From assembly GCF_900167395.1 (NCBI RefSeq), contig NZ_FUWK01000039.1:1-25529 (forward strand): a DNA stretch of 25,529 nucleotides, written 5' to 3'. Below the pieces are notes generated by a model. It was not told where the DNA came from and searched no databases. It saw nothing but the letters and a program-made list of their open reading frames with translations. Origin of the DNA: Nitrosomonas europaea. Its GTDB lineage: Bacteria; Pseudomonadota; Gammaproteobacteria; Burkholderiales; Nitrosomonadaceae. The translations under genes were made by a program, and so were the position numbers. Positions 9,494-20,800 of the stretch are shown piece after piece (the stretch's first letter is position 1; each line of letters starts with the position of its first letter).

Positions 9494-10219
9494 CTATCGG
9501 CGGTAAGTACTCTGTAACAAAATGGCAGCTGTTTCTGTGCCACCCGTTCCTCGTGCCACGATACGAAACATATTTGCGTTGAGCGATGTACCGGATTGCT
9601 GCGCACTTCCTCCATCCCCCATCAGCGGAACGCTGGGAAGCTGTTCGATAAAATAGCGCGGCTGACTGGCTACACCATCCATAGCAACAACATCTATCTC
9701 TCTGCTGTCACCAGCATTCCACTTCATTTCTGCGACAGGATCCGGCGTTGTGGTACACAAAAAAGATTCATCTATATCCTCATCTACTGCTTCATCAGAA
9801 CATGCATGATGATACAACCCGTTTTTACCATTGAATTCCGGAAGAGTAACTTGCTCAAGGAAGCGCTCTCCCGAGCGCAAGGCTGCCTCTGCTGCCTGGA
9901 AAGCCAGCATTTCATCACGCAGGTTACCAGCCATTCTTTCTTCCAGCAGCGTGCCCTGCATAGCTGTCGTCCCGAGCAGCATCAGGATGACCAGAAAGAT
10001 CAGACCGGTCACCAACACAGCACCCCGCTGTCTGGCGATGACATAACCATCGTTGCGAATGCCAGTGGTATGAAGTAATCCGGTAGAAGGGGTGATGAAA
10101 GTGCCGGATCGCTGCGCTGCTGCACAGCTCGCGATGATGGTGGATTGTTGAGTTACAAAGCCAGTCGCGTGCATACGCTGCAATAGCAATTTACTTGTCT
10201 TTGTCAGCTGACTTGTCAT
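9494..10219 (-). CDS. pilX: Type IV pilus minor pilin PilX (start codon uncertain)
   Basis: The PilX_N-type hydrophobic segment ARQRGAVLVTGLIFLVILMLLGTTAMQGTLLEERMAGN lies between pilW and pilY1. The frame is open back to the ATG at 10528. Candidate starts are 10528, 10219 (MTSQ) and 10174 (MHAT), and none gives a normal short leader. Confidence 0.7.
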   Translation of the reverse strand: MTSQLTKTSKLLLQRMHATGFVTQQSTIIASCAAAQRSGTFITPSTGLLHTTGIRNDGYVIARQRGAVLVTGLIFLVILMLLGTTAMQGTLLEERMAGNLRDEMLAFQAAEAALRSGERFLEQVTLPEFNGKNGLYHHACSDEAVDEDIDESFLCTTTPDPVAEMKWNAGDSREIDVVAMDGVASQPRYFIEQLPSVPLMGDGGSAQQSGTSLNANMFRIVARGTGGTETAAILLQSTYRR

Positions 10220-10552
10220 CGCGAGACTCTTTAGATCGTGGCGAACCAGAAGTGTTGGAGAAAGCAATCGAGATACCCAAGTGCAAAAATGCCGGCGCAC
10301 TCTGTTCTCGATCGCGGCTAAAGGACTGCAGCGCAGCTCGTGATGTTTGGTGCGCGGCGCGAGGGCAGCGAGCTCGGGCATGGTCTGCAATGACTTTCCC
10401 GGATCATTGTGAAGAAACCGGATTTTAACCGTGAGTGAAACGTGGCGGGCAGCCGGTGCAGCAGCCCGCTGAGGCTTAAAAAACTGATCTTCTTTGCTGC
10501 TGAAATCTGCTGAAAAATTAGCATCCATATTTCTCGTTCTGCAAAAGGATAG

Positions 10553-11599
10553 TCAAGGGGCGCGGTTGCGCAGCGCAATTACGGTGGAATATGTCTGGCG
10601 CAATCGTCGATCAGTGGGGGTCACAGTGGCACCGTTGAAGGTATAGGTCTGCGACTGGCTGGTGATGCCATCTTCCACCGACTGCACCAGCAGATCGATG
10701 CGCACGCTGACAACATTTTCCCAATTCGTTACCTCATCTGCCTTGTGATAAATATCTATAGTCTTATCCCCATCGGTGTCTACGCCATACTGAATTTGCA
10801 TATTTTCAATCCCTTCCACCAGCTCTTCGGCAGGCTGGCTGCCTCTTTTCCAGTACAGCGAAGGAATACCAGCAGAATTTTCTCGAATGTAATAGGATCG
10901 GGTGCTGATTCGCATCACTTCTCCACCTGTAAATGACCTACCCAGTACTGTCGAAGCATTTGATCCGGCCGATCCGCCAGGATTATCTGCGTGTGCAATG
11001 TTTTTTTGCCCGGATACATCACTGACGCTCGTTGCTTTAAAAATAGCAGCGCCCTGACAATTACTGACTAATACAGTGTTTCCAGCTGCAATATCGCTAC
11101 CCGCTTCCACAACCAAATCAGCAGATTCAGATGCATGTGAAATCACTTTGGCGTAGTTACTCTCTACTCCTCTTAGCACAACGATATCCCGCCCCATATT
11201 TCCTCCCGTCAGCGGAGAAGTCACTTCAGATGGCAGAGCAGGTGCCCAGCTACTTGCACCTGCTGCCTCAAATCCTTCCAGAGGCTGATCAAACCTCCAC
11301 AAAAAATCAGTATTGCCATTGAGCACATTGGTTATTGCAACGCCATCACCAATACATCCCCGATACCCTGCCATACGGATATCACGTGATAAAAGCTGAA
11401 AGGCGTAACGTGCATTTTCCTGCATTCTTGCCAGTGCTTCATTGACACGGTAGGTGTTCTGACTGGAAGACAATACCGTTACCACTCCGCCCAGCAGCAC
11501 CAGTCCAATGGTCATAGCAACCATCACCTCCACCAGGGTCATCCCCTGCTGATTTTGGCTGGATTTATGATTTATCTGCATACGTTCCATCGCCCTCAC
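10553..11599 (-). CDS. pilW: Type IV pilus minor pilin PilW
   Basis: 348-aa ORF with the prepilin motif SSQNQQG|MTLVEVMVAMTIGLVLLGG. The GTG at 11599 overlaps the pilV stop by 4 nt. In-frame ATGs at 11590 and 11581 are alternatives. Size and operon position match PilW. Confidence 0.8.
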   Translation of the reverse strand: MRAMERMQINHKSSQNQQGMTLVEVMVAMTIGLVLLGGVVTVLSSSQNTYRVNEALARMQENARYAFQLLSRDIRMAGYRGCIGDGVAITNVLNGNTDFLWRFDQPLEGFEAAGASSWAPALPSEVTSPLTGGNMGRDIVVLRGVESNYAKVISHASESADLVVEAGSDIAAGNTVLVSNCQGAAIFKATSVSDVSGQKNIAHADNPGGSAGSNASTVLGRSFTGGEVMRISTRSYYIRENSAGIPSLYWKRGSQPAEELVEGIENMQIQYGVDTDGDKTIDIYHKADEVTNWENVVSVRIDLLVQSVEDGITSQSQTYTFNGATVTPTDRRLRQTYSTVIALRNRAP

Positions 11600-12063
11600 A
11601 GCCGGGTAGTCATGACAAACTGCTGAGCTGTCGCAGCACCGCGACTATCGTCCCACTGGATCAGAACGGTTACCTTGTTGTCTGCATCTACATCGATACT
11701 TCCCAAACCTTCCGGCAGTCGCAAGGCAAGCTCTTTCAGCCAGTTTTTTATATCCTCCGGAATCTCTGCTTCTGCTTCCACCTTTGTTTCTGTTTCGGAA
11801 GCATCTTCTTCTGATAATGAATGGTTATAGCCCCCCGCTCCCGCTACTACCCGGTTGGCACGCATGCTATCCAGTATGTTGTACGCCATCATGGAAGCAG
11901 TTGAACGGAAGCTGGCGCTATGATTGCTTTTTAATCCGGCAGTTTGCAGCCCCGCCATCCCCAGCAATCCGATCGACAGAATGATGATTGATACCAGTAC
12001 CTCGATCATGCTGACGCCTGCTTGGGTATAGATAAATGCAGAACGCCGATAAATATTCAACAT
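11596..12063 (-). CDS. pilV: Type IV pilus minor pilin PilV
   Basis: 155 aa with the motif YTQAG|VSMIEVLVSIIILSIGLLGMAGLQ, typical of PilV. Its start overlaps the stop of the upstream GspH-like gene by 7 nt. Confidence 0.8.
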   Translation of the reverse strand: MLNIYRRSAFIYTQAGVSMIEVLVSIIILSIGLLGMAGLQTAGLKSNHSASFRSTASMMAYNILDSMRANRVVAGAGGYNHSLSEEDASETETKVEAEAEIPEDIKNWLKELALRLPEGLGSIDVDADNKVTVLIQWDDSRGAATAQQFVMTTRL

Positions 12064-12578
12064 GGCGATACCCTCTCCACACTTGGCCGGCCAGCATTAT
12101 TCACAATGACATTACGCCCGCTGGCCTGGTTACACAGACGAAACGTGTCATTAGGCAGGCCGGTATTACCTTGACTACGGCCATTGGGCAGATAAGAAAC
12201 CCAGTTGGCAAAATTCCCTCCTGCCCCCAATGTACTGCCATTCAATCCCGGAAAAACCCGCAACACTTCGTCTCCTCCATCAACCATGCCTGCCGTACCC
12301 GCATCACTGAAAATCAGCCAGCCATCCTGCCAGCTACTTCCATTGGTACAGGATGCACCATCCGAACTTTTACAGATCGTTACCCTCATCCCCCGTTTCA
12401 CCGCTTCGGAGCGGGCATAATGCAGCGAAGTCATCAGCTCGTTCGCCTGCGTGGTCAGGCGCGATTCCCTCATCAGTGACTGATAGCTCGGCACAGCCAT
12501 GGCAAGCAAAATGGAAGCAATACTGATGGTGAGCATCAGTTCGATCATGGTGAAACCTTTGCTGACAGCTTCAGTCAT
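12057..12578 (-). CDS. fimU: GspH/FimT/FimU-family minor pilin (first gene of the operon)
   Basis: The ORF track gives 12057..12668 (TTG start). The ATG at 12578 gives the short leader MTEAVSKG|FTMIELMLTISIASILLAMAVPSYQ, and 12590 is an alternative. GspH-like body: YARSEAVKRGMRVTIC...WQDGWLIFSD...FRLC...VIVNNAGRP. The symbol is assigned by position upstream of pilV; FimT cannot be distinguished from FimU here. Confidence 0.72.
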   Translation of the reverse strand: MTEAVSKGFTMIELMLTISIASILLAMAVPSYQSLMRESRLTTQANELMTSLHYARSEAVKRGMRVTICKSSDGASCTNGSSWQDGWLIFSDAGTAGMVDGGDEVLRVFPGLNGSTLGAGGNFANWVSYLPNGRSQGNTGLPNDTFRLCNQASGRNVIVNNAGRPSVERVSPC

Positions 12579-12751
12579 CCCTGTTTCCATAAATAAAGCC
12601 GGTTCTTGAAAGGTAATGGCAGAAACTAGCCTGGCACCTCTATTTTTCCCGGATGTACTACGGGCCAACGGCTGTAATCCACGAGAACTTTAGTTTTTAT
12701 GAATGACCGGCCGGTCAGGAGCAAAACAGAAAACGAAGGCAGAAGATGGAC

Positions 12752-12799
12752 ATGGCCGGTTGAAGAACCCCGAAAAAACAGGAACTTTCAACCGGCCAT
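12752..12799. repeat. 13-bp perfect inverted repeat (ATGGCCGGTTGAA / TTCAACCGGCCAT) with a 22-nt spacer
   Basis: Read directly: left arm 12752-12764, right arm 12787-12799. It lies in the intergenic region between the 3' end of the His-rich gene and the 5' end of the pilin operon. Confidence 0.6.
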
Positions 12800-12832
12800 C
12801 AAGAGAAGAAAATTACAGTCAGAATACAAAAT

Positions 12833-12846
12833 TACTGCCGGCAGTA
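12833..12846 (-). terminator. Weak candidate terminator for the His-rich gene (14-bp palindrome TACTGCCGGCAGTA)
   Basis: A perfect palindrome lies 44 nt after the stop at 12890. On the minus strand it is followed by ATTTTGTATT. The stem is short (about 5 bp around a CCGG loop), so this is weak. Confidence 0.3.
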
Positions 12847-12889
12847 CATTTTTACAGCTACCGGCGTCGGGTCAAATCAGTTTCCAGGT

Positions 12890-13540
12890 TCAGTGATCAT
12901 GATCCGATTTCACTGCTTTCAATTTCCCGATCTGTTCGGGAGTCAATATGCTGCGAACGGCTTTGCGCTCATCGATATGGTACTTGACCATTTCATTGAA
13001 GCTGTCGATATGCGCCTGCCCCAGTTTACGCAACGTTTCATCGTCGGTAGCTGGTTCGCCAACAGCTTTGCGGAATGCTTTCATGCTTTCCATCATTTTT
13101 TGTTTGATACGCTCATGCGCCTGCTTGTCCTCTTTCAGATGAAAACGCACGATTTTTCCGAGCTGCTCATCGGAAAGACCCAATGCTTCAGCCTGCATGG
13201 CAACACTGTGGGCGTAGCTGGGTGGATGCCCATGATGCTCCATATCTCCCTTTCCGTGTCCGCCATGACCCGAGTGACCACCCCCTCCCCCGTGCCTGCC
13301 TTTTCCTTCTCCCTGACCTCCCTGTCCGTGCCCGGCATGGCCTGAGCCACCCGAATGTCCCTGGCCTGCACTGCCACCCTGATGCCCCTGATGCTGATGC
13401 GCATCAGCCAGGATAAGGTAACTGGCTGTTCCTTGCCGGATCGATGTATCAGTGACTGGGGAAACGGCTGTTGCCGTGGTAGCGGGAATGGCAAACAAGG
13501 CACCGATGAGGATGGATAGGCCGGTCGATCTGATATTCAT
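12890..13540 (-). CDS. Periplasmic His/Gly-rich protein with a Spy/CpxP/ZraP-like (LTxxQ) domain
   Basis: The ATG at 13540 has AGGAGA 7 nt upstream and gives the signal peptide MNIRSTGLSILIGALFAIPATTATA. A 65-aa H/G-rich tract (HQHQGHQGG...GHGGHGKGDMEHHGH) is followed by a helical domain with LSDEQ and LTPEQ motifs and a C-terminal HDH. Confidence 0.7.
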   Translation of the reverse strand: MNIRSTGLSILIGALFAIPATTATAVSPVTDTSIRQGTASYLILADAHQHQGHQGGSAGQGHSGGSGHAGHGQGGQGEGKGRHGGGGGHSGHGGHGKGDMEHHGHPPSYAHSVAMQAEALGLSDEQLGKIVRFHLKEDKQAHERIKQKMMESMKAFRKAVGEPATDDETLRKLGQAHIDSFNEMVKYHIDERKAVRSILTPEQIGKLKAVKSDHDH

Positions 13541-13631
13541 GTCATTTCTCCTGTTGTAGAAATCCTGCAAAACACGCTGGACAACCTGTTTTTATACAAA
13601 GTTATGAAACCGGGAAAATTTCTCGGCATAA

Positions 13632-15743
<2,112 letters not shown>

Positions 15744-15896
15744 TGGCAGGGCGAGTGACCGGTGCCTGTGGCTGCTGAATTCCTCTGTACGCTGATTACG
15801 TGCATATTATCCCGTTCTATATAATGAAGCGGTGCAGAGGTACTGGATCTAACGGCATTCTGCAGTAAACGAATAATTTCTAATATAAAAATCAAT

Positions 15897-16643
15897 ATGC
15901 TTGCAATCATCGGTGGCAGAAGTATGAATAAACTTGCCGGTCTGGAAGTCACACATCGCCAGGTCATGAGAACACCTTACGGCGAACCTTCCGGTGCATT
16001 GATTTTTGGCACGATCGGTACACGGGAAATCGTTTTCCTGTCCAGACATGGCCACGGTCTTACCATTCCCCCTCATGCAGTCAACTATCGAGCCAACATC
16101 TGGGTCTTGAGCACACTGAAAATCAAAACGATCATTGCTGTTGCTTCAGTTGGCGGTATTCGCAAAGACATGGGGCCCGGAAAAATTGTCGTTCCTGATC
16201 AGATCATCGATTACACCCACAGCCGGGAAGCCACTTTCCATGGCCGTTCCAATGGCACGATCATCCATACTGATTTCACGCAGCCCTACTGTTCGCAGAC
16301 GCGGACAAGCCTGCTGCAGGCAGCCCGGGATGCGGGTGAATCAGTCATCGATGGCGGTGTCTACGCTGCCACCCAAGGCCCCCGATTCGAGACTGCTGCC
16401 GAAATCAATCGCCTGGAGCGAGATGGTGCAGATTTAGTAGGGATGACAGGTATGCCGGAAGCTATCCTTGCCAGAGAGCTGGGCATTTCCTATGCGACCA
16501 TTGCTGCTGTTGCCAATCATGCAGCCGGGCGCGGAGAAAGCATACAAGCCATTCCGCTGCAGGCTGCCCATCTCGCGCTGGAGAATGCGATGGGAAGCGT
16601 CCGGAATATACTGGAACACCTGGTGAGGAACTACGATGATTAA
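15897..16643 (+). CDS. mtnP: 5'-methylthioadenosine / S-methyl-5'-thioinosine phosphorylase family (PNP_UDP_1)
   Basis: 248 aa. MLAIIGG...TPYGEPSG...[25 protein letters not shown]...GPRFETAAE...GMTGMPEA matches the MTAP/MTIP family. Substrate (MTA versus MTI) cannot be decided by eye. Confidence 0.85.
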   Translation: MLAIIGGRSMNKLAGLEVTHRQVMRTPYGEPSGALIFGTIGTREIVFLSRHGHGLTIPPHAVNYRANIWVLSTLKIKTIIAVASVGGIRKDMGPGKIVVPDQIIDYTHSREATFHGRSNGTIIHTDFTQPYCSQTRTSLLQAARDAGESVIDGGVYAATQGPRFETAAEINRLERDGADLVGMTGMPEAILARELGISYATIAAVANHAAGRGESIQAIPLQAAHLALENAMGSVRNILEHLVRNYDD

Positions 16644-17166
16644 ACCTGTACTGAAAATGGGCGATCCATGCCTGCTGCAACCTGCACGCCGTGTTGATCA
16701 GTTTGGCACACCGGAGCTCGAAGCATTGCTGCAGGATATGCAGGATACGATGGCTGCACTCAACGGTGCCGGCCTGGCTGCCCCGCAGATCGGAGTAAGC
16801 CTGCAAGTGGTCATATTCGGGGTTGAGCACTCTCCGCGCTATCCGGATGCTGAAAGTGTACCGTTTACCGTGCTGATCAACCCCGTACTCACACCGCTGA
16901 CCGAACAGATGGAAGAAGACTGGGAAGGTTGTTTGAGTATTCCGGGAATGCGCGGGCTGGTTCCTCGCTATACCCGCTTGCGTTATCAGGGCGTGGACGC
17001 AGCCGGCGCTTCCATCGACAGAACCGTCACAGGATTTCATGCGCGTGTGGTACAACACGAGTGCGATCATCTGAACGGAATACTCTATCCCATGCGGATC
17101 AACGATTTACGCAAATTCGGCTATACCGACACACTGTTCCCGGGCCAGACAATCGCAGATGACTGA
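16636..17166 (+). CDS. def: Peptide deformylase (paralog type, not next to fmt)
   Basis: 176 aa with all three catalytic motifs: [18 protein letters not shown] and HECDHLNG. Its ATG at 16636 overlaps the upstream stop (16641-16643) by 8 nt. Confidence 0.9.
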   Translation: MIKPVLKMGDPCLLQPARRVDQFGTPELEALLQDMQDTMAALNGAGLAAPQIGVSLQVVIFGVEHSPRYPDAESVPFTVLINPVLTPLTEQMEEDWEGCLSIPGMRGLVPRYTRLRYQGVDAAGASIDRTVTGFHARVVQHECDHLNGILYPMRINDLRKFGYTDTLFPGQTIADD

Positions 17167-17188
17167 GTCATCACACATGCCTGCGCGA

Positions 17189-17602
17189 TTAATACGGTTT
17201 GACCACAACCAGTATGATGATCGCAAACAGTGCCAGCACCGGCAATTCATTGAACCAGCGGTAGTACACATGGCCGTGCCGGTTGCGGTCGTTTCTGAAG
17301 TCGATCAGCAACTTCCCGCAATAGAGGTGGTAGGCAACCAGTAACACGACCAGGGCCAGCTTGGTATGCAGCCACCCCCCGGAAAAACCGTAGCCCAGCC
17401 ACAACCATGTACCAAAAATGATTGTCAGCAATCCGCCGGGAGTCATAATGCCGTAATAGAGCTTACGCTCCATCACCTTGAACCGGTCTATGCCTGCCTG
17501 GTCCGTACACATGGCATGATAGACAAACAGCCGGGGCAAATAAAACAACCCGGCAAACCAGGTCACCATGGAAATGATATGTAATGATTTTATCCAGAGC
17601 AT
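17189..17602 (-). CDS. hemJ: HemJ-type protoporphyrinogen IX oxidase (UPF0093 membrane protein)
   Basis: 137 aa with 4 predicted TM helices. N-terminal signature: MLWIKSLHIISMVTWFAGLFYLPRLFVYH. Confidence 0.8.
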   Translation of the reverse strand: MLWIKSLHIISMVTWFAGLFYLPRLFVYHAMCTDQAGIDRFKVMERKLYYGIMTPGGLLTIIFGTWLWLGYGFSGGWLHTKLALVVLLVAYHLYCGKLLIDFRNDRNRHGHVYYRWFNELPVLALFAIIILVVVKPY

Positions 17603-17854
17603 AGTGAGATATCGGGTCTTGTAATCAAAAAAATTTCAAACAACCGGCACAATTACACAATCCTTGAGAACCGCTGGCAGGTATTGCTAATCCATTTGAA
17701 GATTTTCACTGGCGTGTGATTATGATTTCGGCAATTATAGCGGACTGCTTGTCCGATTCCTTCCTCCGAGAACATTGGGATATTGGGCATGTCAGATGAG
17801 ATGGATCATTCAGACCCAGTTCTTTCAGGTGTAATCAGATAAGCAGGGGATCAA

Positions 17855-20800
17855 TTGCATAAGCCATCTGTTCACGATTTTTCCCAACCTGATACAGGTA
17901 ACCAGGCCGTTCCCGTTTACCTGGTTGCAGGTTATTTATTCTTCGTTATTTATGGCAGCCTGGTTCCGTTTTCCTGGAATGGACTGGCATTCGATACCGC
18001 GTGGGAAAATTTTCAGCACATCCCGCTTCTGGAGCTTGGAGTAGCCAGCCGTGCTGACCTGGTTGCCAATTTACTGCTCTACATTCCTCTTGGTTTGCTT
18101 ACCTGCGGCTTATTCACCGGGCGGAGTCGCGACCCGCTGGTACTGGCAACAGGTATCGTCCTATCACTGCTGTTCTCCACAGTTATTGCACTAGCTGTGG
18201 AATTCACTCAGCAATTCTTCAGCCCGCGTACCGTTTCGTTGAACGATCTTTATGCCGAGTTCGCCGGAGCTCTGTCAGGGGCTTTATTATGGCCCTTGAT
18301 TGGCATGCGCCTCCAGAAAATTACACTGGATATACTCCATGGCGGCAAAAATGCACGGCATGCCGCTCTGCTGACCTATACACTGGTCTATCTGATACTG
18401 AGTTTTTTTCCTTACGATTTACTGCTGTCATACGATGAATGGCAGCAGAAACTGACTTCCGGACAAATGGGATGGTTATTTGCACCCTCCTGCGGCAACA
18501 GTTGCACATGGAAACTGATCCCGGAAGCACTCCTGGTCGCTCCACTGGCAATATTTCTGTTTCAGCCATTACAGCGGACATCACTCATATTAGCCGCGAC
18601 GACTGGAATCATGCTGGGTGTACTCATCGAAGGTCTGCAACTGACGATTGTATCCGGTATCAGTCAGGGTGCATCAATCATCTCCCGCATGGCGGGTATG
18701 ATGCTCGGCACTGCCCTGATACAGATATCGCCCAGGGTGAATTGGTACTGGTTGCACCCGTATATACGTCCCCTGCTGCTGTTAGGGCTGATACCCTATC
18801 TGGGCGTTCTCGTCCTTATAAATTACCGACTCTCCGGTAATTGGCTCGGACTGACTGAAGGGATAGAGAGGCTGAAAGAAATACACTTCCTTCCTTTTTA
18901 CTACCACTACTTTACAACGGAGCTGGTAGCACTAATGAGTCTGTTGCTTCAGGCTGGTGCTTATCTACCTGTTGGTATCGGTTTCTGGCTCTGGCACCGG
19001 ACGAAACTATCATTCAACTCGCAACACTACTGTATTTCACATCCAGGCGTTACTGCAGGCATATTGTCCTGTGTAATTGAAGCGGGAAAACTCTTCTCAC
19101 CTGATACACACCCCGATCCAACCAATGTTCTGATAGCAGCAGTATCTGCATCACTGGCCTGCTATCTGCTCAATTTACTGTTTCCAGTAAAATCAGAAGT
19201 CAGCCCAAACAATGGCAAATTAAACATCCCTCAAACAACTGACTCCGATCACAAAGTCATATCAGGTAGTAATGGTAAAGCTGCTGACCAGATCAATGAT
19301 CCGGAAAAGATAACCAGCCAACATAACCGGCAATCTCCTCCACCGACATTCTCTGCGACACTTTCTCGAACAGAAACCAGTGCATTTACCGGTGCGTCAG
19401 AACAACAGCCTCCCCCCTCTCGTCGCCCGGGTTGGCCGGCCATCGCAGGAACGATTGCACTTCTTCTTGCAGGAATTGCTGCCATCACAAGCCCGCTGGG
19501 TGCGCTATGGGTCTCGTTTCCCCTCATCATTTACTCTGCGCTGCTTTGGTGGCGACCCGATTTATGGCTGGTCTGGGTACTTGCATTCCTGCCTCTGCTG
19601 GATCTGACACCATGGAGCGGCCGACTGTACTGGACAGAGTATGACACTTTGTTACTGGCTACAGCAGGTATCGGCTATCTCCGTTTATGTTTCCATCCTT
19701 ATACACAACCCATCCTGCGCCGTCCGGCAGCTCTGGCACTGGCGCTGTTTGTCATTTCGACAGCCATCAGCCTCGGAATTGCCTTATTCCCTCTAAGTCC
19801 GCTCGATCAGAATGCGTTTACAAGCTACTACAGTTCCTATAACGGACTGCGTTCGGTAAAGGGCATTTTATTCGCATTACTCTTCATTCCTTTACTGACA
19901 CGTGAGTGGAATGCACCTGAAACAGCCGCACGACGACTGGCACTTGGAATGTCACTGGGGTTTGCTGCAGAAATTCTGTATGTGCTTTGGGAAAGGATAA
20001 CTTTCCCGGGTCTGTTCAATTTCGAAACTGATTACCGCATTACGGGTTCTTTCCACGGTATGCATACCGGTGGAGCATATATCGAGGGATTTTTAGTGCT
20101 GGCCGCGCCATTTACAGTGCTCTGGGCCTGGCAGCAACGCAATACATTAATAACATTACTAACTATCGGATTATATTGTCTGGGTGCCTACTGCGTCATG
20201 GTGACTTTCTCCCGCGGGGGTCAGATTGCGTTCGGACTGGTAACAGTATTGCTGGCAACCGGTTTTTCAGGTTTTGTTCTACGCAGACGAACACGTATTT
20301 TCTCCAGCATCAGTATTACAATCCTGATTACAGTGCTGGCAGGAACAATCGCCTGGCCGATACTCAGCGGCCCGTACAGTCAGTCACGTTTTGCGACAGT
20401 CGAGAAAGATGTCGTAACACGTGCAGATCACTGGCAGGATTCAATCGATATCGCACTGGTGCGAGGCAGCCCTGTTTTCGGAATGGGCTCAGGCTCGTTT
20501 CCTTACGCCTTCTTCTGGTACTCGAGCGTACCCGCACGACCTTCAACCTATACATTTGCCACAGAAGACAAAAATACCTATTTGCAGCTGGGCAGCGGGG
20601 AAACGTTATATTTTGAACAACCCGTAGCCGTTGAGCCCGGACAGCGTTATATGCTTACGATGAATCTGCGCAGTCAGGCGCCCAATGCCGCAATCACAGC
20701 ACCTGTTTGCGAAAAGGCCCTGCTGTATTCATTCAGATGCTTCTGGCTCTCATTGAGACTCGATAAAGTACCGCCCGGAAAATGGGGCTATTACGAAGCT

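Noticed and set aside
9481-9615. N-terminal extension of the pilY1 ORF (MEEVRSNPVHRSTQ...) overlapping the end of pilX
   Set aside because: The ATG at 9480 has a good RBS and immediately yields a classical signal peptide. The extension would bury that signal peptide internally.
12632-12647. TGGCAC-CTCTA-TTTTT near the pilin operon start
   Set aside because: It lacks the essential -12 GC dinucleotide. It is also on the plus strand and points away from the minus-strand pilin operon.
12663-12671. CCGTTGGCC (minus strand) upstream of the fimU-like gene, resembling AlgR/LytTR-type sites known at the Pseudomonas fimU promoter
   Set aside because: Only a loose match to a short degenerate core, it occurs once, and the regulator repertoire of this organism is unknown. 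There is not enough evidence to call a site.
17158-17172. 15-bp palindrome GATGACTGAGTCATC spanning the def stop codon in the 22-nt def/hemJ convergent gap
   Set aside because: It can form only a 5-bp stem and has no U-tract. It is most simply incidental or a minimal convergent-gene hairpin.
17675-17688. Sigma-54-like string TGGCAG-GTA-TTGCT upstream of the large membrane protein gene
   Set aside because: The GG and GC elements are 10 nt apart instead of the required 12 (a 3-nt spacer rather than 5), so it does not fit the -24/-12 geometry.
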